The notes beneath the pieces were generated by a model. The model was not told where the DNA came from and did not search any database. It was given only the letters and a program-made list of their open reading frames with translations. The position numbers and the translations under genes were made by a program. Positions 10,001-17,928 of a stretch of DNA of 64,000 nucleotides are shown in pieces. Position 1 is the stretch's first letter. Each line of letters starts with the position of its first letter. The stretch comes from Spirochaetia bacterium (GTDB lineage: Bacteria; Spirochaetota; Spirochaetia; SZUA-6; Bin103): positions 96,001 through 160,000 of the forward strand of contig CBDAOI010000004.1 of assembly GCA_965198005.1 (NCBI GenBank), in the 5' to 3' direction.

Positions 10001-10349
10001 GCTTGATGCCGGCGCGGAAGGGCGATTGGAACAGGTTAGGATCGGTGCCGGTGATGCAGTTCCAGCGCAGCGTGTGCAGGAACGCGCTGAAGTGGCGCGG
10101 CGGGTCGAAGCCCTTGGCGCCGAGGTCGGACCACGCTTCCTGCTCCAGGATGGCGCGGTCGATCTCGAAGTCCCAGTACACTTCCAGGGTCTGGCCCTGG
10201 GCATCGTCGTCGGCGCAGGCCAGGCTCACGCGCGCGCACTCGCGTGGCGGCGTCTCCACGGCTTCCACCAGCCAGCGCCGCGAACGCACCTCGACCAGCT
10301 CGCCGAGGTGCGGAGGCCGGTTGGGGAGCAGTCTCATCGGGCGGGCCAC
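7077..10349 (-). CDS. drmD: SNF2-like helicase, DISARM DrmD-like
   Basis: RVNLFIADDTGLGKT, ILDEAHH, LSATPHNG, ATDAAREGLN, WNPGRIEQRNGRIDR; 1090 aa; upstream of DrmMI-like MTase. Confidence 0.85.
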   Translation of the reverse strand: MARPMRLLPNRPPHLGELVEVRSRRWLVEAVETPPRECARVSLACADDDAQGQTLEVYWDFEIDRAILEQEAWSDLGAKGFDPPRHFSAFLHTLRWNCITGTDPNLFQSPFRAGIKLDAYQMEPLRKALRLPRVNLFIADDTGLGKTIEAGLIARELLLRKRARTVVVAAPASVMEQWKAEMEERFGLLFVILDRAYLAQVRRDRGFGVNPWRTHSRFIVSHNLLIDSAYADPMREWLGDLAPGSLLILDEAHHAAPSSGGRYGIETKFTRAIRELGGRFEHRLFLSATPHNGHSNSFATLLELLDPYRFTRGVPVRGKSALEDVMVRRLKEDIREVQGGFPKREVCRVVIDGLPEDAPELVLSRLLDEYRHVRETRFQDVPARTRAAAGLLVVGLQQKLLSSIEAFAISLARHRKTAREQWERFAAGEGQVPAAGSDAFASKAASRFATPPDADDDRAERTDEENAAEEATQIAAINAAAESASGRTPDAEALWHTEQDLLDRMEEVASAARGRPDAKTRKLIHWIDDHLCPDRPRWNDGRVLIFTENVIGTKRYLREMLGQAIAGTDLADERIETIDGQTAGANRREIQRRFNAAPADDPLRILIATDAAREGLNFQAHCTDLFHFDLPWNPGRIEQRNGRIDRKLQPAPEVRCHYFALPQRAEDRVLEVLVRKTQTIKRELGSLSKVIDDDIERRLRGGIRHREATRLAREIEAADLDQEKKRVATEELEAARERQEDLKDQIERCRGLLDRSRRWVDFEPEPFRDAMSCSLELLGAEPLQGERADDGSPVWMFPPLTGQTLADASWTSTLDTLRVPRRSNQKLAEWRREAPIRPVVFEDAGVLTDATVHLHLEQRMAQRLLARFRAQGFVHHDLSRACLVQAADSIPRVILLGRLCLYGRRAERLHEILTPVAARWIEPSRRVGPLKAYAGEAEARTLQRLESALRDAHAPSETVHRRLLETGAQDITDLLPQLEERADQVARSAADALRDRGESEAQQLRVTLERQRQRVEAELGKHEAAQVQLSLEFNDEEKRQRQADVAAWRRRLTQFDRDLETEPPRIRQFYEVRARRVEPVGLVYLWPDTG

Positions 10350-10368
10350 GGGCCGGCGCAGCGGCGGC

Positions 10369-11655
10369 TCAGCGCTGGTCCATCGGGACGTAGGGGCGTT
10401 CGGTGGGGCCGGTGTAGATCTGGCGCGGGCGGGCGATCTTGTATTCGGGGTCGTGAATCATCTCGCCCCACTGCGCGATCCAGCCGGGGAGGCGGCCGAT
10501 GGTGAACAGGGTGGTGAACATGTTCACCGGGATTCCGATCGCCTGCAGGATGATGCCGGAGTAGAAGTCGACGTTGGGATAGAGCTTGCGCGCCACGAAG
10601 TAGTCGTCGCGCAATGCGATCTCCTCGAGCTGGACCGCGATGTCCAGCAGCGGGGTGGAGACGTGCAGCCGCTCCAGCACCTCGAAGCAGGCGCGTTTGA
10701 GGATCAGCGCGCGCGGGTCGAAGTTCTTGTAGACGCGGTGGCCGAACCCCATCAGCCGGGTCCTCGCCCGCTTGTTCTTCACCTTCTCCAGGAACTGGCG
10801 GCCGTCGTCGCCGCCGGCGTGAATCCGCTCCAGCATCTCGATCACCGCCTGGTTGGCGCCGCCGTGCAGTGGCCCCCAGAGCGCGTGCACCCCGGCCGAG
10901 ATCGCCGAGAACAGGTTGGCCTGCGAGCTGCCGACGATGCGCACCGTGCTGGCGGAGCAGTTCTGCTCGTGGTCGGCGTGCAGCAGGAAGATCAGGTCCA
11001 TGGTCCGGGCCACCAGCGGGTCGACCTCGTACTGCTCGGCCGGCGTGGCGAACATCATGTGCAAGAAGTTGGGGGCGTAGCCGAGCCGGTTGAGCGGCGA
11101 CATGAACGGATGGCCGATCGAATGCTTGTACGAGTAGGCGACGATGGTCGGCACCTTGGCGATCAGCCGGTGGGTGGCGATCTCGATCTCGCGCTCGTCG
11201 GAAACATCCATCGAGTCGGGGTAGAAGGTGGACAGCGCGCCCACCACGGCGCCGGTGATCGCCATCGGATGCGCCTGCTTGGGGAACCCGGTGTAGAACC
11301 GCTTCACGTCCTCGTGCACCATCGTGTGGTAGGTGATGTGGCCGGTGAACTCCTCGAGCTGCTCCCTGGTCGGCAGCTCGCCGTAGATCAGCAGCCACGC
11401 CGCCTCCAGGAACGAGCTGTGCTCGGCAAGCTGCTCGATCGGGATGCCGCGGTAGCGCAGAATGCCGCGCTCGCCGTCGATGAAGGTGATGCCGCTGCGG
11501 CAGGAGCCGGTGTTGCCGTAGCCCGGGTCCATGGTGATGACCCCGACCTGCGCGCGCAGCCGCGAGATGTCGATCGCGACCTCGTTCTCGGAGCCCCGCA
11601 CCACCGGCAACTCGTAGTCTTTCCCGTTCACCTGTAACCGTGCCGGCTCCGCCAT
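10369..11655 (-). CDS. gltA: Citrate synthase (type II-like)
   Basis: DPGYGNTGSC, LHADHEQNCS, GPLHGGAN, LMGFGHRVYKNFDPRA, LYPNVDFYSG; start at ATG 11655 (MAEPARLQV). Confidence 0.95.
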   Translation of the reverse strand: MAEPARLQVNGKDYELPVVRGSENEVAIDISRLRAQVGVITMDPGYGNTGSCRSGITFIDGERGILRYRGIPIEQLAEHSSFLEAAWLLIYGELPTREQLEEFTGHITYHTMVHEDVKRFYTGFPKQAHPMAITGAVVGALSTFYPDSMDVSDEREIEIATHRLIAKVPTIVAYSYKHSIGHPFMSPLNRLGYAPNFLHMMFATPAEQYEVDPLVARTMDLIFLLHADHEQNCSASTVRIVGSSQANLFSAISAGVHALWGPLHGGANQAVIEMLERIHAGGDDGRQFLEKVKNKRARTRLMGFGHRVYKNFDPRALILKRACFEVLERLHVSTPLLDIAVQLEEIALRDDYFVARKLYPNVDFYSGIILQAIGIPVNMFTTLFTIGRLPGWIAQWGEMIHDPEYKIARPRQIYTGPTERPYVPMDQR

Positions 11656-11939
11656 CGCCCCGCTGCCCGCTTGCCCGCCGCCGAGTATACGCCCGCGGGC
11701 CGAGCCGTGCAACCCGAGCCCGGCCGGCTCGGCCGGCTGCGGCCGGCCGCCGGCGCCGCCGGTGAGTAGGCGGCCGGCGCTGCAGGCCGGGGCTACCAGA
11801 CCTGCGTCAGGTCGACGGCGACATCCGCCGGGTTGGCCATCGCTACCCGGTGGTGGAACGCGCCGCGCTCCACCAAGTCGCCCCGGTCGCTCGTTCGCCG
11901 TCGCCGGCAGACGCCTGCCCGTGCGCGTGTACTCTGAGC

Positions 11940-11972
11940 TGTGGTATGCTATGGTGGAATGGAGGATAGCCC
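11940..11972 (+). promoter_or_regulatory. Putative extended -10 promoter and RBS of Uma2 gene (repeated before all four copies)
   Basis: TGTGGTATGCTATGGT then GGAGG before ATG; same sequence at ~14243, ~21803, ~29497. Confidence 0.45.
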
Positions 11973-12788
11973 ATGGCCAGCCCGATGCTCGCACCCGCCA
12001 AGGTTCACTACCCCTCATCCGACGGCCGGCCGATGGCGGAAAGCGACTTCCAACGCACCCCGCTGACCTACGCCGTCGACCGGCTGCGGTTCCACTTTCG
12101 CGACCGCCGGGACGTGTACGTCTCGGGCAACCTGCTGCTCTACTACCAGGAGGGGAATCCGCGGGCGGTGGTGGCGCCCGACGTGTTCGTGGTGCTGGGC
12201 GTATCCAACGCCGACCGCTCCAGCTACCGGCTGTGGAAGGAGCGCAAGGTGCCTGACTTCGTGCTGGAGATTACCTCGCGCTCGACGTACCGCGAGGACC
12301 AGGGGAGCAAGCGCGAGGTGTACCGTGCGCTGGGGGTGCGGGAGTACTGGCAGTACGACCCGACCGGCGACTATCTGGAGCCGCCGCTGCAGGGCCTGGA
12401 GTTGAGCGCGGGGGAGTATCGGCGGCTGCCGGGGCGGGAGTTGGCGGACGGCACGCTGGCGCTGGCGAGCGGCGTGCTGGGGCTGGAGTTGCGGGTGACG
12501 GCGCGGGGGCTGCGGTTCCACGATCCGGACACCGGGCAGGACCTGCCGAACCTTGCGGAAACCGACGAGGCGCGGCAAGCGGCGGAGACGCGCCTCGCGC
12601 AGGAAGTGGCGGCCCGCCAGCAGGAAGCGGCGGCCCACCAGCAGGAAGCGGCGGCCCACCAGCAGGAAGCGGCGGCCCACGCAGCCGCGCAAGCGCGGGT
12701 GGCCGAGCTGGAGGCCTTGTTGCGCCGGGAGCGCGGCCGCGAGTCCGGTCAGGACGGCAATCCACCGGCGCCTCGTCAGGGTCGGTAG
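11973..12788 (+). CDS. Uma2/DUF820 PD-(D/E)XK endonuclease-like protein with C-terminal coiled coil (copy 1)
   Basis: YPSSDGRPMAES, VAPDVFVV, PDFVLEITSRST, GVREYWQYDP; heptad-repeat tail. Confidence 0.9.
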   Translation: MASPMLAPAKVHYPSSDGRPMAESDFQRTPLTYAVDRLRFHFRDRRDVYVSGNLLLYYQEGNPRAVVAPDVFVVLGVSNADRSSYRLWKERKVPDFVLEITSRSTYREDQGSKREVYRALGVREYWQYDPTGDYLEPPLQGLELSAGEYRRLPGRELADGTLALASGVLGLELRVTARGLRFHDPDTGQDLPNLAETDEARQAAETRLAQEVAARQQEAAAHQQEAAAHQQEAAAHAAAQARVAELEALLRRERGRESGQDGNPPAPRQGR

Positions 12789-12806
12789 GGCACGTCCCCG
12801 CAAGTC

Positions 12807-12872
12807 CAAGAGCGCCATATCTCCTCCCAGCTACCGGTCAGGTCGGGGCGGTCCAGCACATCGACCAGGGTT
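12807..12872 (-). pseudogene. ~65 bp fragment of AbiEi antitoxin
   Basis: Near-identical to 35557-35622 (TLVDVLDRPDLTGSWEEIWRS). Confidence 0.75.
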
Positions 12873-12900
12873 GGGGTCGGCACCGTGCGGCAATGAGCGG

Positions 12901-13216
12901 CTACAGGCTCAGGCCGCCGTCGACCATGAACACGCCGCCGGTGCAGTGGGCGGCTTCGTCGCTGCACAGGAACAGCATCATCCGCGCCACCTCTTCCGGT
13001 TCGCCGTAGCGCCCGTCCAGGGAGCGCCGTTCCAACTGGTGCTTGATCTCCTCGCCCCGGCCCGGTATCCGCATGTCCTCGATCGAGCGCATCATGCGGG
13101 TCTCGGTGGGGCCGGGATTGACCGTGTTCACCCGGATGCCGTGCGGTCCGCCTTCCATGGCCGCGCAGCGCATCAGGCCGATCACCGCGTGCTTGCTGGT
13201 GTGGTAGGCGGACATG
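12901..13216 (-). pseudogene. 3' part of SDR oxidoreductase 2 (5' part deleted)
   Basis: MSAYHTSKH...VDGGLSL matches the end of 19988-20761; joined to SDR1 3' end near 13217. Confidence 0.85.
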
Positions 13217-14066
13217 CGGCCCCGGTGATGAACGCGTGGCGTCCTTCGCCGCGCTCGCGGAGCTGCGCCCGGCTGCCGCGGGCCGCCGTCAGGCCGCCGT
13301 CGACCATCAGGTTGACCCCGGTCACGTGCACGCTCTCGTCGCTCGCCAGGTACACCGCAGCGTGGGCGATGTCGTCGGCCGCTCCGGCGCGCCCCTGTGG
13401 CATGCTGTCCTCGAACCATCGGGTGAGGCGCGCCGCGCGCGCGGCGTTCTCCTGCGCCGTGTGACCGGTCTGGCCGCCCCAGAAGATCGGGGTGATGATG
13501 GCGCCCGGCGAGATGCAGTTCACCCGCACGCGGTGCTCCGCCAGCTCGGTCGCCCATACCTTGGTGACGTGAATCACACCCGCCTTGCACGCCGAGTACT
13601 CGGCGCTGGAGCCGTCGGTGGTCACGCCCGCGGTGCTGCCGTTGTTGATGATGCTGCCGCTGCGCTGCCGTTTCATGATCGGCGCCGCGTACTTGACGCC
13701 GAGGAAGCAGGAGCCGAGCAGCACCATCACGTCGCGCTGGAACCGTTCGAGGTCGAACTCGTCCACCTCGCAGTAGGAGTGGCCGCTGCCGGCGTTGTTG
13801 AACAGCGCGTCCAGCCGCCCCCAGCGTTCGACCGTGGCCGCCACCATCGCCTGCACGTCGGCCTCGACGGTCACGTCGGTGCGGATGAACTGGGCGTTGT
13901 CGCCGAGCCGCTCCGCCAGCGCCCGGCCCGCGTCCTCGCCGCGCGCGGCGATGGTCACCCGCGCCCCCTCGGCCACGTACCGTTCGACCGTCGCGGCTCC
14001 CATGCCGCTGTTGCCGCCAGTAACGATGGCCACCTTGCCGGCCAGCCGGCCTGTCGTAGTTGCCAT
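13182..14066 (-). CDS. SDR family oxidoreductase 1 (stop codon lost by deletion, read-through tail)
   Basis: TGGNSGMG, NNAG, YSACK; identical to 20772-21626 except the last residues. Confidence 0.88.
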   Translation of the reverse strand: MATTTGRLAGKVAIVTGGNSGMGAATVERYVAEGARVTIAARGEDAGRALAERLGDNAQFIRTDVTVEADVQAMVAATVERWGRLDALFNNAGSGHSYCEVDEFDLERFQRDVMVLLGSCFLGVKYAAPIMKRQRSGSIINNGSTAGVTTDGSSAEYSACKAGVIHVTKVWATELAEHRVRVNCISPGAIITPIFWGGQTGHTAQENAARAARLTRWFEDSMPQGRAGAADDIAHAAVYLASDESVHVTGVNLMVDGGLTAARGSRAQLRERGEGRHAFITGAACPPTTPASTR

Positions 14067-14179
14067 TTCGGCCAGTGTAACCCGAGGCGCGCCGCCGCGC
14101 CAGACCCGCCGCGCTCGAGCCGGTCCGTCGGGACGCCGCCGCCCTTGCTCCCAATTCGACGTGCTCGAATCGCCGGCCG

Positions 14180-14235
14180 CGCTACTACGCGGATCAGATT
14201 GGCGCGGGCGGCCGGCGGGTCGCCGTGCGCGTGTG
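14180..14235 (+). pseudogene. Internally deleted remnant of nucleotidyltransferase 3' end (also ~21740 and ~29435)
   Basis: CGCTACTACGCGGATCAGATTGGCGCGGG matches 41453-41481, then jumps to GCCGTGCGCGTGT (~41627-41639). Confidence 0.6.
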
Positions 14236-14276
14236 CTCTGAGCTGTGGTATGCTATGGTGGAATGGAGGATAGCCC

Positions 14277-15155
14277 ATGGCCAGCCCGATGCTCGCACCC
14301 GCCAAGGTTCACTACCCCTCATCCGACGGCCGGCCGATGGCGGAAAGCGACTTCCAACGCACCCCGCTGACCTACGCCGTCGACCGGCTGCGGTTCCACT
14401 TTCGCGACCGCCGGGACGTGTACGTCTCGGGCAACCTGCTGCTCTACTACCAGGAGGGGAATCCGCGGGCGGTGGTGGCGCCCGACGTGTTCGTGGTGCT
14501 GGGCGTATCCAACGCCGACCGCTCCAGCTACCGGCTGTGGAAGGAGCGCAAGGTGCCTGACTTCGTGCTGGAGATTACCTCGCGCTCGACGTACCGCGAG
14601 GACCAGGGGAGCAAGCGCGAGGTGTACCGTGCGCTGGGGGTGCGGGAGTACTGGCAGTACGACCCGACCGGCGACTACCTGGAGCCGCCGCTGCAGGGCC
14701 TGGAGTTGAGCGCGGGGGAGTATCGGCGGCTGCCGGGGCGGGAGTTGGCGGACGGAGCGCTGGCGCTGGCAAGCGGCGTGCTGGGGCTGGAGTTGCGGGT
14801 GACGGCGCGCGGGCTGCGGTTCCACGATCCGGCGACCGGGCAGGACCTGCCGAACCTTGCGGAAACCGACGAGGCGCGGCAGCGCGAGCGGCAGGCGCGG
14901 CAGCGCGAGCAGCAGGCGCGGCAAGCGGCGGAGACGCGCCTCGCGCAGGAAACGGCAGCCCGCCAGCAGGAAACGGCAGCCCGCCAGCAGGAAGTGGCAG
15001 CCCGCCAGCAGGAAGTGGCGGCCCGCCAGCAGGAAGCGGCAGCCCGCGCAGCCGCGGAAGCGCGGGTGGCCGAGTTGGAGGCCTTGTTGCGCCGGGAGCG
15101 GGGCCGCGAGTCCGGTCAGGACGGCAATCCACCGGCGCCTCGTCAGGGTCGGTAG
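14277..15155 (+). CDS. Uma2/DUF820 endonuclease-like protein (copy 2)
   Basis: Near-identical to copy 1; 292 aa. Confidence 0.9.
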   Translation: MASPMLAPAKVHYPSSDGRPMAESDFQRTPLTYAVDRLRFHFRDRRDVYVSGNLLLYYQEGNPRAVVAPDVFVVLGVSNADRSSYRLWKERKVPDFVLEITSRSTYREDQGSKREVYRALGVREYWQYDPTGDYLEPPLQGLELSAGEYRRLPGRELADGALALASGVLGLELRVTARGLRFHDPATGQDLPNLAETDEARQRERQARQREQQARQAAETRLAQETAARQQETAARQQEVAARQQEVAARQQEAAARAAAEARVAELEALLRRERGRESGQDGNPPAPRQGR

Positions 15156-15190
15156 GGCACGTCCCCGCAAGTCCGCAAGTCCTCGCCTCG

Positions 15191-15219
15191 TTGACCCTCG
15201 TCCCGACGTTCGCTACACT
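15191..15219 (+). promoter_or_regulatory. sigma70-type promoter of SBP cassette 1
   Basis: TTGACC-N17-TACACT; identical at 22780-22808 and 30403-30431. Confidence 0.65.
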
Positions 15220-15387
15220 GACGAGCCTGTCGTATGATTCGGCTCACACGAATCACACGAAAAAGGCAGTCGACGTGCTTGCTGCAATGTGCTACGGTCG
15301 TGTTGCTCGGTTCGGGAGAGGCGTACATGCGACGGGATGACATCATCAGGCCCCGTATTCGGACGTTAGCGCCAGCGGTGCGTTCTG

Positions 15388-15670
15388 CCCTCCCCCTGTA
15401 CCCCCCCAACATTTTCGAACCGAGAAGCGAGAAACAACTAACCGCTCGGGCTGATCGCCCCGGACGCGGCCCCGCGCACGCCGTCGCCTTCACCACCGCC
15501 GTAGCTATCCGTGGCGCCGGCTCGGTCCATCGCCGAACCGGCATGCGGACCGCCCGCGCCCTTCCCGTCGACCGCAACCGTCCCGGATCCCCGCCCGCGA
15601 CTGACTGCCGGCAAAACTCACCCCCGGCGTTGCGGCCCATTCAGACTCGCTGCTTCGCCGACCACCGCCG
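15388..15670 (+). other. C-rich tract plus conserved ~270 bp leader block
   Basis: CCCTCCCCCTGTACCCCCCC then TTCGAACCGAGAA...CAACTAACCGCTC...GGCGTTGC; homologs at 22977 (partly deleted), 30600 and 46358. Confidence 0.7.
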
Positions 15671-15863
15671 CGCGTGGCGCACCGCACCCCATCTTACGTC
15701 TCGAAGTCTGTCGGATTGCGACAGACTTCGAGGCGAGTGGACGGGATGGGCCAAAAGCGGCGCTGACAGGCGGCGGTTTTGGGGCGCTATTGCCGGCCCG
15801 AGACAGGCAGCTTCCGTCTGGCATCTGGCAGGGCACCCTGTGCCCCAAGAGAGGAGGTGCAAA

Positions 15864-15899
15864 ATGATACTCAAAGAACCGCACGCGCGCGCGGCGTGA
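15864..15899 (+). CDS. Putative leader peptide MILKEPHARAA
   Basis: GAGGAGGT RBS; copies at 23197-23232, 31012-31032 (MILKEP*), 42127-42162 (TTG start). Confidence 0.5.
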   Translation: MILKEPHARAA

Positions 15900-16019
15900 G
15901 CCCGGGTGACCCCGGCTGAGTCACACGCCGCGCGCTCTTGGAATCTGACTCTGACTGGCCGTCCGCGTTGCGGGCCCGAGAGTAGCCAGGGAGCGGCAAT
16001 CCGCTCCGCAATACTCTCG
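15886..16019 (+). promoter_or_regulatory. Structured RNA leader before SBP1 (type A; copies before SBP2, SBP3 and partially at ~42150)
   Basis: GCGCGCGGCGTG/CACGCCGCGCGC, CTGGC/GCCAG, GAGCGG/CCGCTC and CGAGAGTA/TACTCTCG inverted repeats. Confidence 0.5.
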
Positions 16020-16042
16020 AAATAACATTCAAGGAAGAAACG

Positions 16043-17845
16043 ATGAAGATATTTTTTGCATGGACCTTCGCGGTTGCGTTGGTCCTCGTCCTGACCGCAA
16101 CCGGCCTGTGGGCCGCTGGCGCAGAGGAAGAGGCACCGGCAGCCGCTGCCGACAAGCAGTATGTGACCGACCCCACCACCGGCAAGGTGGTGGTGGCGCC
16201 ACAGTACGGCGGGATATTAACCGCCGGTCATACTCAGGGCGGTAGTACTGGGGCTCCTAATGACCCCTATTTCGGCAATCCGTGGGGCCCAGGGGCGGTC
16301 GTCAATGAGAGGCTTGGTATCGGGAACTGGGGAATAGATAGAGACGTATTTGACTTTAGTAGTAGTTATCTACCTGTATCTATCTTAACAGGGCGGCTGG
16401 CGGAAAGCTGGGATATTTCCCCGGACGGCCTCACCTATACCTTCAACATCCGCCAGGGCGTTCGGTGGCATAACAAGGCGCCGATGAATGGTCGGGAGCT
16501 GACTGCCGATGATGTCGAATGGAACTTTCACCGTTATCTGGGTCTGGGCGACTTCACCGAAGCCGGACCTAGCACCTGGGGTGGCGCTGCCAACTTCATC
16601 TCCATACCATTCGAATCGGTAACGGCCACCGACAAATGGACGGTTGTGACGAAGCTGAAGGAGCCACACCTCGCTGCGCTGGAGATTATCCTCAACGACT
16701 CTGCTGTTGCCATATTGCCCCCCGAGGTAATCGAGCAACATGGCGAGTATCAGGATTGGAGGATCCTGGTCGGCACCGGACCCTTTATGGTGACTGATGT
16801 AGTCGACGAGAGCAGCATCACCTGGACCAAGAATCCTGACTACTGGGGCTATGACGAAAAGTACCCGCAGAACCGCTTGCCCTACGTTGACCAGTTAAGG
16901 CGACTGGTTATTCCAGAGGAAGGAACAATGATGGCGGCACTACGCTCAGGCAAGCTTGATTTCAGAATGTATGCCCCTTCAGATATCGACTCGATAGAGA
17001 GCCTGCAGCGGACCAACCCCGAAATCGCGGCGCACCCGATCTATTTTCGGTCGAGTGATTCTTTTGCTCCTAACCATCGCGTGCCGCCCTTTGACGACAT
17101 CAACGTGCGCCGCGCCCTGCAGATGGCGCTGGACAACGAGACCGTTGCGGTTACGTACTGGAAGGGTTGGGCAGATCCGACACCTCACGGGCTGGTAAGG
17201 TTGAAAGGGTATTACATCCCCTTCGAGGAATGGGACGAAGAGGTCAAGCAATACTACCGGTATGACCCGGAAGCTGCCGAGAAGCTCCTTGATGAGGCTG
17301 GGTATCCGCGCGGCGCGGACGGCATTAGATTCAAGACCGCCCTGAATTACGGGACTTTTGCAAGCTTAGACTTTGCAGAAATAGCTGCCTCCTACTGGGC
17401 TGAGATTGGCGTCGATGTTGAGATTGATGTATTTACCAGCGCCGAACATTGGGAGAGGGTACTCTCGCGTACTTATGAAGGCATGCACAGTACCATTGCG
17501 GGCGCCGGTTATGCCCCTCTCCTGATGGCAAGCTGGTATCACTCGGATGGGGGGGCTCACAACCGCGGCGGATCCCAGTGGCCTGAGATGGACGCCATGA
17601 TTGACGCCGTCCGAGCCGCTACTACCAATGAGGAGCTTCAGAGGCTGATGAAAGAGCTGGATATGTACGCAATAGAGAACCACTGGCTGATATGGACTCC
17701 TAAAACTCCATTTTTTCATTATGCCCAGCCGTGGGTCATAGGCTATAGCGGTGAATTTCCAAATGCTTTGGGCCAGTCAGAAACCTATACCGTCTTTGCC
17801 CGCCTCTGGATTGATAGTGAGCTGAAGGAGGCAATGGGTTATTAG
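16043..17845 (+). CDS. ABC transporter solute-binding protein, family 5 (SBP1, intact)
   Basis: Signal peptide, LAESWDISPDGLTYTFNIRQGV, VGTGPF, PFDDINVRRAL, YDPEAAEKLLDEAGY. Confidence 0.93.
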   Translation: MKIFFAWTFAVALVLVLTATGLWAAGAEEEAPAAAADKQYVTDPTTGKVVVAPQYGGILTAGHTQGGSTGAPNDPYFGNPWGPGAVVNERLGIGNWGIDRDVFDFSSSYLPVSILTGRLAESWDISPDGLTYTFNIRQGVRWHNKAPMNGRELTADDVEWNFHRYLGLGDFTEAGPSTWGGAANFISIPFESVTATDKWTVVTKLKEPHLAALEIILNDSAVAILPPEVIEQHGEYQDWRILVGTGPFMVTDVVDESSITWTKNPDYWGYDEKYPQNRLPYVDQLRRLVIPEEGTMMAALRSGKLDFRMYAPSDIDSIESLQRTNPEIAAHPIYFRSSDSFAPNHRVPPFDDINVRRALQMALDNETVAVTYWKGWADPTPHGLVRLKGYYIPFEEWDEEVKQYYRYDPEAAEKLLDEAGYPRGADGIRFKTALNYGTFASLDFAEIAASYWAEIGVDVEIDVFTSAEHWERVLSRTYEGMHSTIAGAGYAPLLMASWYHSDGGAHNRGGSQWPEMDAMIDAVRAATTNEELQRLMKELDMYAIENHWLIWTPKTPFFHYAQPWVIGYSGEFPNALGQSETYTVFARLWIDSELKEAMGY

Positions 17846-17854
17846 AGAAAGAAA

Positions 17855-17898
17855 GGGAGCTGGGAGGCTGTCGCCTGCAGGCGCGCTTCCCAGCTCCC
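17855..17898 (+). terminator. Intercistronic hairpin after SBP (also ~25194, ~32992, ~51513)
   Basis: GGGAGCTGGGA...TCCCAGCTCCC; no U-tract, so possibly an mRNA-stabilising stem instead of a terminator. Confidence 0.5.
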
Positions 17899-17928
17899 AA
17901 CGAGATTGCCACGCCCCCATGATGTGAC

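Noticed and set aside
7272-10505. 1077-aa plus-strand ORF
   Set aside because: Antisense shadow of the drmD-like gene in high-GC DNA; no motifs
11656-12018. N-terminal extension of citrate synthase in the ORF track
   Set aside because: Low-complexity translation overlapping the divergent Uma2 start; recognisable sequence begins at 11655
12590-12690. 21-bp tandem repeats as a CRISPR array
   Set aside because: No unique spacers; in-frame coding heptads of the Uma2 tail; no cas genes seen
15226-16042. Known riboswitch (TPP, cobalamin, glycine, SAM, T-box) in SBP leaders
   Set aside because: No consensus core recognised by eye; an Rfam scan is needed, so none is called
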